A DNA stretch of 63,818 nucleotides, counting the filler, from Octopus bimaculoides (taxonomy: Eukaryota): assembly GCF_001194135.2 (NCBI RefSeq). It is 5 parts of 4 records of this genome, joined end to end, with 100 filler letters (N's around TTAATTAATTAA, not from the genome) between each part and the next. Parts side by side here need not be neighbours in the genome. Positions count along the whole stretch, not along the records: positions 19,307 to 36,610 come from NC_068990.1; positions 36,711 to 56,039 come from NC_068984.1; 3 more parts are not named here. One strand, given 5' to 3'. Both the position numbers and the translations under genes were made by a program. Below the pieces are notes generated by a model. It saw only the letters and a program-made list of their open reading frames with translations, searched no databases and was not told the DNA's origin. Shown here piece after piece: positions 26,404 through 38,430 of this stretch. Position 1 is the stretch's first letter, and each line of letters opens with the position of its first letter.

Positions 26404-26951
26404 CTCTATGTACACACACATGTCTATATGTATATGTATATACATGTGCGTGAAAGTGAAAATATAATATTCTATTTAAACATGAAAATATGTTCAGTGC
26501 GTTTCATGTATATGTACATATGCAAATATATATATATATATACACACACTCAAAGATATATGCATATGCGCATATACGTGTGTGCACGTGTGTGTGTGTG
26601 TGTGTGTATGTGTGTATGCATGTGTAGGGGTGGGCTGGTGTATAATATATACTGCTCTCAAAGTCTAGTAGTACTTTTATCTAATAGCATCTTGTTATTC
26701 AAACAGTTACCCACTTATGTGATGCACTCGAAACATTGAAACTATCAATAAAAACAGTAACAAAAGCAAAAGAAAAAGAATAAAGAAAAGAAAAATACCC
26801 AAAACAAACACAGTCAGAGTGGTTATTGTCTCAAAATATAGATTTTAAACAGGAAATAAAACCGGATGCAAATGAAAATATAACACATATGTCAAAAATA
26901 AAGACGGAGATATGAAATTTTTTTTTCAACAATTTAGAATGAAGTGCTTAA

Positions 26952-27014
<63 letters not shown>

Positions 27015-27067
27015 CGTAATAATGATAGTAATAGGAATAATATTAATGGTGATAATAATAGCATCAT

Positions 27068-27098
<31 letters not shown>

Positions 27099-27298
27099 AG
27101 TAATAAATATCTGAGTAAAATGAGTTTTGGTGGAAAGGAAAAAAAATTGATTTTTGAATAATACAGCTTTAAGTATAGTCCTTTGTTATTTTAGTTTTCA
27201 AAGCAAATAATATAAATAAATAAATAAAAATAAATGCATGAATAATTACATAAATAAATGCATAAAATATGAAGAAACCCATATTATTATTATCATTA

Positions 27299-27360
<62 letters not shown>

Positions 27361-27362
<2 letters not shown>

Positions 27363-27569
27363 GGTGGTGAGCTGGCAGAGCATGCTGGGTAAAATGCTTA
27401 GCAGCATTTCATTCATCTTCACATCCTGAGTTCAAATTTTACCACTGTTGACTTTACCTCTCATTCTTTCAGGGTTGATAAAATAAGTACCAATTGAGCA
27501 CTTGAGTCAATATAAACCATTTGCCCCGCCTCAAAATTGCGGGTCTTGTGTGAAAAGTGGGAACTATTA

Positions 27570-27630
<61 letters not shown>

Positions 27631-27842
27631 CATTATTAAGGCAGTGAGCCGGCAGAATCGTTAGTGTGCCAGACAAATTACTTAGCAGCATTTCGTCTGT
27701 CTTCATGTTCTGATTTCAAAAGTCGACTTTGCTTTTCATCCTTTCGTGGTTGATAAATTAAGTATTAGTGAAGCACTGCGGTCGATGTAATTGGCTATTC
27801 TCCACCCCACAAAATTCAGGCCTTGTGCTTTTAGCAGAAAGG

Positions 27843-27845
<3 letters not shown>
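27361..27845 (+). mobile_element. SINE B - (ATT)n - SINE B - (ATT)n chain
   Basis: Copies at about 27361-27565 and 27638-27845, each preceded and followed by ATT-type tracts. Confidence 0.85.
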
Positions 27846-27895
<50 letters not shown>

Positions 27896-27896
<1 letters not shown>

Positions 27897-28608
27897 TCTT
27901 CTTTCAATTTTGCTACCATTTCTTGCCAAGTGTTTTCCTGACACCAAGGGCAAAGAAAATCACTGTATACCAGTAATGTCTGTAAACTAAACATACCAAG
28001 TTGTTCATTTACAAAGTCAAGCTAACCGTTATCGCAACAACAATGCTCTTCTTAATACATGTGACATACCAGTTGAAACAATTTTTTGCTCTTCTTGCAT
28101 GGATGGTAAGCCAGGAGTCATTCTCAAATAATTTTCTGTTCCTTTTTTTTTCACCATTCCAAGTGCTACAATTGTTGGTATTGTAACTGCCTTAAATGAC
28201 ACATTTTCTTTCAATTTTAACGAGCAAAGTCTTTATATTTTCTGAACTTGTCAAATTTGTTTGCCAAGATATTACGATCACAAGGAATGCTTATGCTGAT
28301 CAATAAACAAAGTTTATTGTTTTAGTCTTTTACAACAATATCCAGTTTATTAACTTTGATAGTTCTGTCTGTATATACTGGAAAGTCTCAAAGAATTGTT
28401 ACATTTTTTTCCCTTAGTTATAAACTGAGGATATATTTGTCAGCAATTTTGATTTTATAATGCCAACCTATTAACCAGAGTAGATATTGGCCAACTCTGT
28501 CATGTCTTGATTTATACTCTACTGATGCTAAAATTTTACATTCAGAGATTAGGTGGTCCGTGGACTCAATCTCATCATTACATAATCAGCACTTTGGGTC
28601 TACTCCAA
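27896..28608 (-). mobile_element. R4/Dong-like LINE, 5'-truncated (subfamily 2), pseudogenised
   Basis: Minus strand: GVDPKC*LCNDEIESTDHLISECKILASVEYKSRHDRVGQY (CCHC knuckle plus RHD), DRTIKVNKLDIVVKD*NNKLCLLISISIPCD (RLE region), KAVTIPTIVALGMVKKKGTENYL...HVLRRAL. The 3' UTR ends in (TAA)n; a TAA/TGA tract lies at the 5' end. Confidence 0.88.
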
Positions 28609-28638
28609 TTATTGTCATTATCATTATCATCATCATCA

Positions 28639-28670
<32 letters not shown>

Positions 28671-28862
28671 GAGTGAGAGAGCAGTGCATACCATCAAAAT
28701 GACACTGGGGTACAAATATATGAAGTCCAATATACCCTTAATGACTACCCATCTGATAAGGGTGCATCAGGCACATCCACCTCAACCATAGGTGCACGAC
28801 AAAGTGATCTCATATCAAGATAACCAGCACATGACCTTGCAGGTGGGGCCCAGTTAGAATTT
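28671..28862 (-). mobile_element. Non-coding element family E, partial (runs into a gap)
   Basis: (ATT)n GAGTGAGAGAGCAGTGCAT...GGGGCCCAGTTAGAATTT; same sequence as the 46.8 kb copy. Strand inferred from the TAA tail. Confidence 0.75.
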
Positions 28863-29532
28863 NNNNNNNNNNNNNNNNNNNNNNNNNNNNNNNNNNNNNN
28901 NNNNNNNNNNNNNNNNNNNNNNNNNNNNNNNNNNNNNNNNNNNNNNNNNNNNNNNNNNNNNNNNNNNNNNNNNNNNNNNNNNNNNNNNNNNNNNNNNNNN
29001 NNNNNNNNNNNNNNNNNNNNNNNNNNNNNNNNNNNNNNNNNNNNNNNNNNNNNNNNNNNNNNNNNNNNNNNNNNNNNNNNNNNNNNNNNNNNNNNNNNNN
29101 NNNNNNNNNNNNNNNNNNNNNNNNNNNNNNNNNNNNNNNNNNNNNNNNNNNNNNNNNNNNNNNNNNNNNNNNNNNNNNNNNNNNNNNNNNNNNNNNNNNN
29201 NNNNNNNNNNNNNNNNNNNNNNNNNNNNNNNNNNNNNNNNNNNNNNNNNNNNNNNNNNNNNNNNNNNNNNNNNNNNNNNNNNNNNNNNNNNNNNNNNNNN
29301 NNNNNNNNNNNNNNNNNNNNNNNNNNNNNNNNNNNNNNNNNNNNNNNNNNNNNNNNNNNNNNNNNNNNNNNNNNNNNNNNNNNNNNNNNNNNNNNNNNNN
29401 NNNNNNNNNNNNNNNNNNNNNNNNNNNNNNNNNNNNNNNNNNNNNNNNNNNNNNNNNNNNNNNNNNNNNNNNNNNNNNNNNNNNNNNNNNNNNNNNNNNN
29501 NNNNNNNNNNNNNNNNNNNNNNNNNNNNNNNN

Positions 29533-29601
<69 letters not shown>

Positions 29602-31304
29602 TCATTTTAGTATTTTACTGACTAGTGTGTTGCTGTCATGTTAGGTCACTACTTTCAAGGGTTTAGTACGGCATATCAACCCCAGTATATATTTTATGTG
29701 TGACATTTATTTTCACTAATATGACTTCTATGTCATGGTGCATGAACAACATCACTGGTTTTAAGTGGTACAAAATCTAAGCATGTTCGCATTCAAACTC
29801 ACTGATACACATATCCACAAACATACTCATGTACACACATGGAAATATATATATCATAATTTTTTTCAGTCTGTGGAGAAATGGCTAAAGATTTACCGTT
29901 TATAATTATACCATGTCACATGAAAAAAAGAGCCATGAGATTGTGAAGGAAACTTCTTACCATAAAACTACACCTTATACACACACACACACACACACAC
30001 TTATACGACACGGCTCAACCTGGAGTTTTAGTTGAAGGTACTTGCCCAGGATACTGCACAGTGGAACCGAACTGAAAACTATCTGGTTGTGAAATGAACC
30101 TCTTCACCATACAGCGGCCATGGCTGTGCCTATTATATAAATGTATTTCTCTTTCAAAGATCCCCTCTTTTCCGCCTCTCCTGCTGCGATATATAATCTT
30201 ACTTGTCAGGTTACTCTTATCTGCAATTTAGCTTTATTGACGCAGAAAGAAAAAGGAAACTATCTGTTGCTTCACTATTTGTTTTTGAGAAAAATAATTT
30301 TGGTGGTAGATCTTTTCAAATGAAATGTTGTTAAGTAATTCAACTACTTTATGAAGTGGAAATTTTTTTGTTTTCTGCCTCACTTTCTATTCCAACATTT
30401 ACAAACTCATTTTCCTGTCAGTTCTAACAACATTTATATAGAAAATTTTTACATACAAATCTTTTTGCAAATTGTTTAATTTAATTTTTCTGCATATTTT
30501 TTTCTTTTTTTTATATATTTTATTTCTCTCCTCATCTTTTTAATATTTTCTTCTTCACTAACAGATATCATCTAAATAGGATCTGATTTTTTTGAGTTGA
30601 CAAAACCTAGCTAATACAATATATTTGTGTCAGCTAAATAATTCATTATTTGATAAATATGAAGTGTAAATAAAATTATATGTAAACTGAGATTTCTTCA
30701 AGTTTTTAATTTTATTTTCAAGTGTAAAGAACAATAGCACAAATCAGCCTTTTCAAAGAAAATGTCTAATTTTCGAATCAGATGTTTGATAAAGTAGCTA
30801 TGTTATACATACAGAAAGACAAAAGAAAATGTAGAAAATAGAAACGAAAAATGTCAAAATTAATCAGGAGGCAAGAAATGACATTTTGATTGTTACTTCA
30901 CAGTTCTTTCCATGTTTGCTTAACAATATTTTTGGTTTGATCTGATTTAGTTTAGTTTCGTTTGATGGTTTCTTCTTTTCTCTTGTACATGTTCCTGTCA
31001 TTCGACTGTGGCCATACTGTGGCACAAACTAATCAATCCCATTACTAAGTTTTATGTCATGGGGCAGGGTAATTATGCCAATAATAATAAACACACACAC
31101 ACTGGTTTAATATCACTTCTTATTTGTCAGTTGGTTTGATCATGTATAACTAAATGTGCTATCTGAAAAATTTCAAATATTTCAGGTAATGCCAGATCAT
31201 GTGACAAGTTTTCCCTTATCCTGACAGCCTCACTTCCCTCCTGTTCCCTACCCTTCATCTGCTATAGGAGTGACCACACTTGCTCTCTTTAATATGAAGT
31301 GTTC

Positions 31305-31860
31305 ATATCAGTTCAAATTCTGCTGAAATATACCTTGTCTTTCATTCTGTCAGGATTGATGAAATAAATACCAGTTGAGTAATGGGGCCTATGTAAATGA
31401 TTAGCACTCTCCCCCAAAATTTCAAGTCTTGTGCCTATAGTAAAAAAGGTTTATGAAGTTTTGTGTTTTAGTTGAACTAAAAGTGTCTAAGTTGTTTAGT
31501 ATTTGTGTGGTTACTACAGATTTGAGCAAGCACTTTAGGCAATCCCCTAGTTTGCATAACACATCACCCCCTCCTGTCTTGATTAATCTCAGACAGTTAG
31601 AGACAGGCTATCACTCACAGATCCAATCTGATTAGAGATCAAAACTGATCCTTCTTTTTATATTGGTTTCAAATTTCAGCACAAGGCCAGCAGTTTTAGG
31701 GAAGGAGCTAAGTTGAAAACACTGACTGCAGTGCTCAACGGGTACTTATTTTATCAGCCCTGAAACAATGAAGGCAAAGTTGACCTCAATGAAAAGACGA
31801 ATGAAATACCTCCAAGCATTTTCTCCGACTTTCTAATCATTCTACCAGTTAGCTGCATCA
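31305..31860. mobile_element. Two oppositely oriented, CpG-decayed SINE family B copies
   Basis: About 31305-31450 (+) CAGTTCAAATTCTGCTGAAA...; about 31665-31860 (-) GCACAAGGCCAGC...TTTTATCAGCCCTGAAACAATGAAGGC. Confidence 0.7.
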
Positions 31861-32058
31861 TTTGTTTCTTGTTTTTTTTTATATATTAAGTGTGAGACTA
31901 CATAATCAGATCAGATTAGTCATTTATGATTTTTCAGTATACATTTAATTAAGTTTAATTAAAATGTTGGCAGAAGTTTATTGTTGAAAACAAGGTTGGT
32001 TGAAATTTATAGCACATTATTGCATCAATACACATACACAAATGTGCACACGCTGACA

Positions 32059-32117
<59 letters not shown>

Positions 32118-32569
32118 NNNNNNNNNNNNNNNNNNNNNNNNNNNNNNNNNNNNNNNNNNNNNNNNNNNNNNNNNNNNNNNNNNNNNNNNNNNNNNNNNNN
32201 NNNNNNNNNNNNNNNNNNNNNNNNNNNNNNNNNNNNNNNNNNNNNNNNNNNNNNNNNNNNNNNNNNNNNNNNNNNNNNNNNNNNNNNNNNNNNNNNNNNN
32301 NNNNNNNNNNNNNNNNNNNNNNNNNNNNNNNNNNNNNNNNNNNNNNNNNNNNNNNNNNNNNNNNNNNNNNNNNNNNNNNNNNNNNNNNNNNNNNNNNNNN
32401 NNNNNNNNNNNNNNNNNNNNNNNNNNNNNNNNNNNNNNNNNNNNNNNNNNNNNNNNNNNNNNNNNNNNNNNNNNNNNNNNNNNNNNNNNNNNNNNNNNNN
32501 NNNNNNNNNNNNNNNNNNNNNNNNNNNNNNNNNNNNNNNNNNNNNNNNNNNNNNNNNNNNNNNNACTAC

Positions 32570-32614
<45 letters not shown>

Positions 32615-33057
32615 ACACACGCATACACACATCTCTGTACACTCACATACACATAAAAATATACATATATTGTATGCATTCATACACACATAGCTACATA
32701 CTCTTGAAACAAACATAGATTTTCATGCCCCAAAACCTATCCACACAAGCACACACCAGAACAACAGATATATATTTCAATGACAATCATATTCACTCTT
32801 AATACATTCCATCTGATTTGAATGTGAATCTGCTGTTTGCTGTAGTATTTCATCATTGGAGGGCAACTCCTGTTTTTGGATGACTGTGTTCAAAAAACAG
32901 ACTTGATTCATTGGGTGTAAAGGGACTTTGGGACAACAGGGTTTCAACCTTGTTGTCTGTCTCCTCAGCCAAAGTTACCCCAAGGTAGCGATATTTTCAA
33001 GTGATTTTGGCTCTTGCTTATAGGATTCAGTAAACAAATTATATTCATCTTTATCAG

Positions 33058-33103
<46 letters not shown>

Positions 33104-33510
33104 TATACATATATATAATTCTATATTATACATACACATATATGTATATATATACATATGCATACACACACGCACACACACATATTCACGTATTCTTTTC
33201 TGAGTGCCATATAAATCCTGATAAATGAACATGATAGTCTTCTTCAAGAATGATGTAAATTGGTTTTGTATTTTGTTGCTTTATTATTTTATACATACAT
33301 AAAATACTCACATGCGTAACAATATAAACACATAATGCACACACACATATACACATATATACATGCATACATATATTGATTTGTCTGTGCGTGTGTACAC
33401 ATATATATGTATAGGTATGTGTGTAAGTTTATATATATATAATTATTAATAAAATACAGAAAACATATTTTATGCTTTTTGCATGTCACACTTTACACTG
33501 TATATATATG

Positions 33511-33615
<105 letters not shown>

Positions 33616-34149
33616 TCTTAAATCCATGTATTGCTATATTTATAGCTGTATGCACAAAAGTACATATATGATTATTTCATTAGTTGTATGGCATCGCATT
33701 GTCAAGGAAACGGAAAATATGGCATTGTAATTATATTTTCTTTTGTATTTACTATTGTTTTGTTTGCTGCCCTTGTGTCAAATACACAAGAGATAATTTC
33801 CATCATCATCATCACCACAATTACCACTACCTCCCCACAACCTTCATTATCATTGTTGTGGTTCTTTTTATTATTATAATATATATTGTATTATATATGT
33901 ACACATACATATATATATATGTATGTGTGTGTTTGTGTGTGTGTGCATACATGTATGTTTATGCTTGCATGTGTGTGTGTGTGTTTGTGTACACACACAC
34001 ATATATATACACACTCAGAGGCATATATATATATATATATATATATGCATACATAAGTAAATCACTGCGTCATAATATATTTATCGCTGCACAACAAGAG
34101 TACACTAATATGTGAATATCTTATTAGTTGTATAATATATTATTATCAA

Positions 34150-34427
34150 GAAACGTTAGCACAGCAGGTAAAATGTTTAGTGGCATTTATTTTGCCTCTT
34201 TATGTCCTGAATTCAAATTCTACCAAGATCAATTGTACCTTTTATCCTTTCAGAATTGATAAAATAAAGTACTAATCAACTTGCCCCTCTCTTAAAAGCT
34301 GAGGTCGATTTTGCTTTTCCTCCTTTCAGGGTCGATAAATTAAGTACCAGTTGAGTACTGAGGTCGATGTAATCCACTTACCTTCCCCCTCCCTCAAATT
34401 TCAGACTTTGTGCCTTTAATAGAAAGG

Positions 34428-34488
<61 letters not shown>

Positions 34489-34590
34489 GTATACTGGGCA
34501 AAATGCTTTGCAGCATTTCATCCTATTCTACATTCTGTGTTCAGATTCCACTGAGGTTGACTTTGTCTTTCATGCTTTTGGAGTTGATGA
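34150..34590 (+). mobile_element. SINE family B cluster with (ATT)n spacer
   Basis: Three partial or complete units. The tail GCCTTTAATAGAAAGGATT runs into (ATT)n at about 34428-34490. Confidence 0.75.
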
Positions 34591-34758
34591 TTATACAAAA
34601 ACAAGGAAAAAGGAAAAAGAAGAAAGAGCAACAAAAAAAAGAACAACAATAATAATAACAGGAATCAAACTCACGACCTTACGTTCATGAGCCGAATGCC
34701 CCAACCACTAAGCTACTGAGTGGTTAATAATAAGGATGTTTTATCATTATTATTATTG

Positions 34759-34792
<34 letters not shown>

Positions 34793-34812
34793 CATTATTA
34801 TCATTATTATTG

Positions 34813-34861
<49 letters not shown>

Positions 34862-35857
34862 CATTATTATTGTTGTTGTTGTTGTTGTTGTTNNNNNNNN
34901 NNNNNNNNNNNNNNNNNNNNNNNNNNNNNNNNNNNNNNNNNNNNNNNNNNNNNNNNNNNNNNNNNNNNNNNNNNNNNNNNNNNNNNNNNNNNNNNNNNNN
35001 NNNNNNNNNNNNNNNNNNNNNNNNNNNNNNNNNNNNNNNNNNNNNNNNNNNNNNNNNNNNNNNNNNNNNNNNNNNNNNNNNNNNNNNNNNNNNNNNNNNN
35101 NNNNNNNNNNNNNNNNNNNNNNNNNNNNNNNNNNNNNNNNNNNNNNNNNNNNNNNNNNNNNNNNNNNNNNNNNNNNNNNNNNNNNNNNNNNNNNNNNNNN
35201 NNNNNNNNNNNNNNNNNNNNNNNNNNNNNNNNNNNNNNNNNNNNNNNNNNNNNNNNNNNNNNNNNNNNNNNNNNNNNNNNNNNNNNNNNNNNNNNNNNNN
35301 NNNNNNNNNNNNNNNNNNNNNNNNNNNNNNNNNNNNNNNNNNNNNNNNNNNNNNNNNNNNNNNNNNNNNNNNNNNNNNNNNNNNNNNNNNNNNNNNNNNN
35401 NNNNNNNNNNNNNNNNNNNNNNNNNNNNNNNNNNNNNNNNNNNNNNNNNNNNNNNNNNNNNNNNNNNNNNNNNNNNNNNNNNNNNNNNNNNNNNNNNNNN
35501 NNNNNNNNNNNNNNNNNNNNNNNNNNNNNNNNNNNNNNNNNNNNNNNNNNNNNNNNNNNNNNNNNNNNNNNNNNNNNNNNNNNNNNNNNNNNNNNNNNNN
35601 NNNNNNNNNNNNNNNNNNNNNNNNNNNNNNNNNNNNNNNNNNNNNNNNNNNNNNNNNNNNNNNNNNNNNNNNNNNNNNNNNNNNNNNNNNNNNNNNNNNN
35701 NNNNNNNNNNNNNNNNNNNNNNNNNNNNNNNNNNNNNNNNNNNNNNNNNNNNNNNNNNNNNNNNNNNNNNNNNNNNNNNNNNNNNNNNNNNNNNNNNNNN
35801 NNNNNNNNNNNNNNNNNNNNNNNNNNNNNNNNNNNNNNNNNNNNNNNNNNNNNNNNT

Positions 35858-36152
35858 TTAGCCCAGTATTTACCATGTAGGGGCTTTTCTTGCCATCGTT
35901 TTATCATGGTCCGTTGCTGTTCTAGTTTTAGTTTGGATTTCATTTGTTTTATAGCTTTTGTTGTTTCTTCTTCTTCTTCTTCGTATTTGTTAGGTAGATT
36001 GATTTCTTGTTTGTATTTGTCAGCTTCCTTAAATACTGAAAACAGTTTTTTGTTTTGCTCGTGTTTTGTGGCTATTTGTATTAGTTTCCCTTGCTTCTGG
36101 AGTAGGTATTTTTGCAGTCCTATGGTGGTTATTTTATAATAGTTTTCTAGCT

Positions 36153-36153
<1 letters not shown>
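35858..36153 (-). mobile_element. R4/Dong-like LINE, 5'-truncated (subfamily 1); 3' part lost in the gap 34893-35857
   Basis: QLENYYKITTIGLQKYLLQKQGKLIQIATKHEQNKKLFSVFKEADKYKQEINLPNKYEEEEEETTKAIKQMKSKLKLEQQRTMIKRWQEKPLHGKYWAK. Nearly identical to the start of the 15794 copy. (TAA)n at the 5' end and (AAT/AAC)n beyond the gap. Confidence 0.85.
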
Positions 36154-36186
<33 letters not shown>

Positions 36187-36187
36187 G

Positions 36188-36372
36188 TGAGGATGCATGG
36201 CTTAGTGGTTAGGGTGTTGCACTAACAACTTTGAGATCGCGATTTCAGTTTCTTGACTGGGTGGTGCATTGTGTTCTTGAGCAAAACACTCCACTTCACA
36301 TTGCTCAGCAATCACCTCGAGATCCGATGCATGGCATACTGTGCACCTGTTCAGGTGACGTCGATTTGATGG
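36188..36372 (+). mobile_element. tRNA-derived SINE family F
   Basis: A-box TGGCTTAGTGG, then GTGTTCTTGAGCAAAACACT.CACTTCACATTGCTC. Related pieces at 40825-41295 (+) and 49790-49995 (-). Confidence 0.65.
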
Positions 36373-36373
36373 A

Positions 36374-36610
36374 CATCATCATCATCATCATCATCGTCGT
36401 TTAACGTCCGCTTTCCATGCTAGCATGGGTTGGACGATTTGACTGAGGACTGGTGAAACCGGATGGCAACACCAGGCTCCAGTCTGATTTGGCAGAGTTT
36501 CTACAGCTGGATGCCCTTCCTAACGCCAACCACTCAGAGAGTGTAGTGGGTGCTTTTACGTGTCACCCACACGAAAACGGCCACGCTCAAAATGGTGTCT
36601 TTTATGTGCC
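36374..36610 (-). mobile_element. RTE-like 3' tail element (family D), CpG-intact
   Basis: (CAT)nCGTCGTTTAACGTCCGCTTTCCATGCTAGCATGGGTTGGACG...GGATGCCCTTCCTAACGCCAACCACTCAGAGAG. Confidence 0.8.
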
Positions 36611-36744
36611 NNNNNNNNNNNNNNNNNNNNNNNNNNNNNNNNNNNNNNNNNNNNTTAATTAATTAANNNNNNNNNNNNNNNNNNNNNNNNNNNNNNNNNN
36701 NNNNNNNNNNATACATATGTATGTATGTATGTATGTATATGTAT

Positions 36745-36915
36745 ATGTAGGGAGAGAGTGAGAATTTACAAAACACCAAAGACGAAGACGGGTATGTAAA
36801 CAACAAACAGATGTATTAGTTTAACGCTCGGGAAGTGAGAAAGTCTTTTACGTTTCGTACCTACGGTCTTCGACAGAAAGGAACACAGAAATAAACAGGG
36901 AGAGAAAATAGAAAA
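36745..36915 (-). mobile_element. Dispersed repeat family G carrying a hammerhead-like motif
   Basis: Homologous to about 50985-51130 (-) and 54155-54290 (+), sharing CGTAGGCTCGAAACGT...CTTTCTCAC.T.CCGAG.GTTAAACTAATACA. Confidence 0.75.
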
Positions 36916-36970
36916 ACGTTTAGTCCAAGAAAAGTTCGAAGTGTTATGAGGTGAAGACAGGATGAAACTG

Positions 36971-37007
<37 letters not shown>

Positions 37008-37096
37008 CGTATTTGTATTTGGTTTTGCAAGATTCTTGATGTGAATTCGTGTATTGAAAGAAATACGATTGAATCTTGGGAGGAGCATTATGCCGG

Positions 37097-37445
37097 TAAT
37101 AAGAAACACATGCACTGGTTCGGTCCTCGCTTCTTATTGTTAGTTAATGGGTTAGTTGCTCCGATAACCAACTTATCGATCAGCCGTTTTGTTACTAGTT
37201 TTTCAAGCTTATATGTTAAACACTTTGTGCAACAATGCGATGAAATAATTATCTGACAAGAAACAGAAATAACAACACGAACAATACTGAACATTTAAAC
37301 GGTTAACTGTTCGAACAAAGTGTTTAACATATAAGTTTGAAAAACTAGTAAAAACCAGCTGATCGATAAATTGGTTAACGGAATAACTAACTCAATAACT
37401 AACAATAACAATAAAAGAACGAACCAGTGCGTGTGTTTATTATTA
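37097..37445. repeat. Long imperfect inverted repeat (foldback or MITE-like)
   Basis: Arm about 37097-37235 is the reverse complement of about 37307-37445 (e.g. AAACACATGCACTGGTTCG / CGAACCAGTGCGTGTGTTT; TATGTTAAACACTTTGT / ACAAAGTGTTTAACATA). Spacer about 70 nt. Confidence 0.9.
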
Positions 37446-37446
37446 T

Positions 37447-37755
37447 TGCCTTTCATCCGTTCGGGGTCGATAAATTAAGTACCATTTGCGTACTGGGGTC
37501 CATGTAATCAACTGGACCCCTCCCCCAAAATTTCGGGCCCTGTGCCTAGAGTAGAAAAGAAAGAAACGTGAGCCCGCAGGGCGAAATGCTTAGCAGTATT
37601 TCGTCTGCCTTTACGTTCTGAGTTCAAATTCCGCCGAGGTCGATTTTGTCTTTCATCCTTTCGGGGTCTATAAATTAAGTACCAGTTGCATACTGGGGTC
37701 GATCTAATCGACTCCCCCCACTAATATTCGAGCCTTGTGCATAGAGTAGAAAAGA
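37447..37755 (+). mobile_element. Two tandem, young SINE family B copies
   Basis: GCCTTTCATCCGTTCGGGGTCGATAAATTAAGTACC...CCTAGAGTAGAAAAGA occurs twice with CpGs intact. Confidence 0.9.
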
Positions 37756-38109
37756 ATACAATCGACACCCACTCCGCTCAAAATCTCTGATTCTGTGTCA
37801 GGGTTAGAATTATTTCCTTACAGCATAATGTCACTGTTATACATCTTGAAACCTAATCGTTTAGGTTTTGAGTTTGTATTGTATTTGCACACTTAGGTTT
37901 GGGTTCCCAAATCCTGAGAGAAGCGTAAGAGCTCTTTCGTGGGATGCAGAGTGTCTCGAACATTTTAAAACTAGGCAGAAGCCTTAATTTCTTTCAGAGG
38001 CACAGAGAGATAAAGAGAGACAGAGAGAGAAACAGAGAGAGAGAGAGCTTGGCGGAAAGAGTCATAACGAGGGAGAGAGAGGAAAGAAATAGTGACTGAG
38101 AGAGATATT

Positions 38110-38213
38110 GAAAAGAAAGAATGACAGAGAGAGAGAGAGCGAGAGAGAGAGAGAGAAGAAAGAATGACAGAGAGAGAGCGAGAAAGAGAGAAGAAAGAAT
38201 GACAGAGAGACAG

Positions 38214-38247
<34 letters not shown>

Positions 38248-38430
38248 AAGAATGACAGAGAGAGAAGAAAGAATGACAGAGAGAGAGAGAGCGAGAGAGA
38301 GAGAAGAAAGAATGACAGAGAGAGAGAGAGACAGAGAGAGAGAGAGACAGAGAGACAGAGAGAGACAGAGATAAGAAAGAATGACAGAGAGAGAGAAGAA
38401 ATAATGAGAGAGAGAGAGAGAGAGAGAGAG
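38110..38430. repeat. Purine-rich minisatellite [AGAAAGAATGAC(AG)n]
   Basis: A 12-bp core interspersed with variable (AG)n, about seven times. Confidence 0.9.

Noticed and set aside
28001-28110. Plus-strand exon ending at GATG|GTAAGC
   Set aside because: It is the antisense strand of the RLE-LINE fragment.
36655-36666. Recurrent TTAATTAATTAA 12-mer (four copies) as a regulatory or repeat motif
   Set aside because: Always centred in 100-nt N blocks, so it is an assembly linker.
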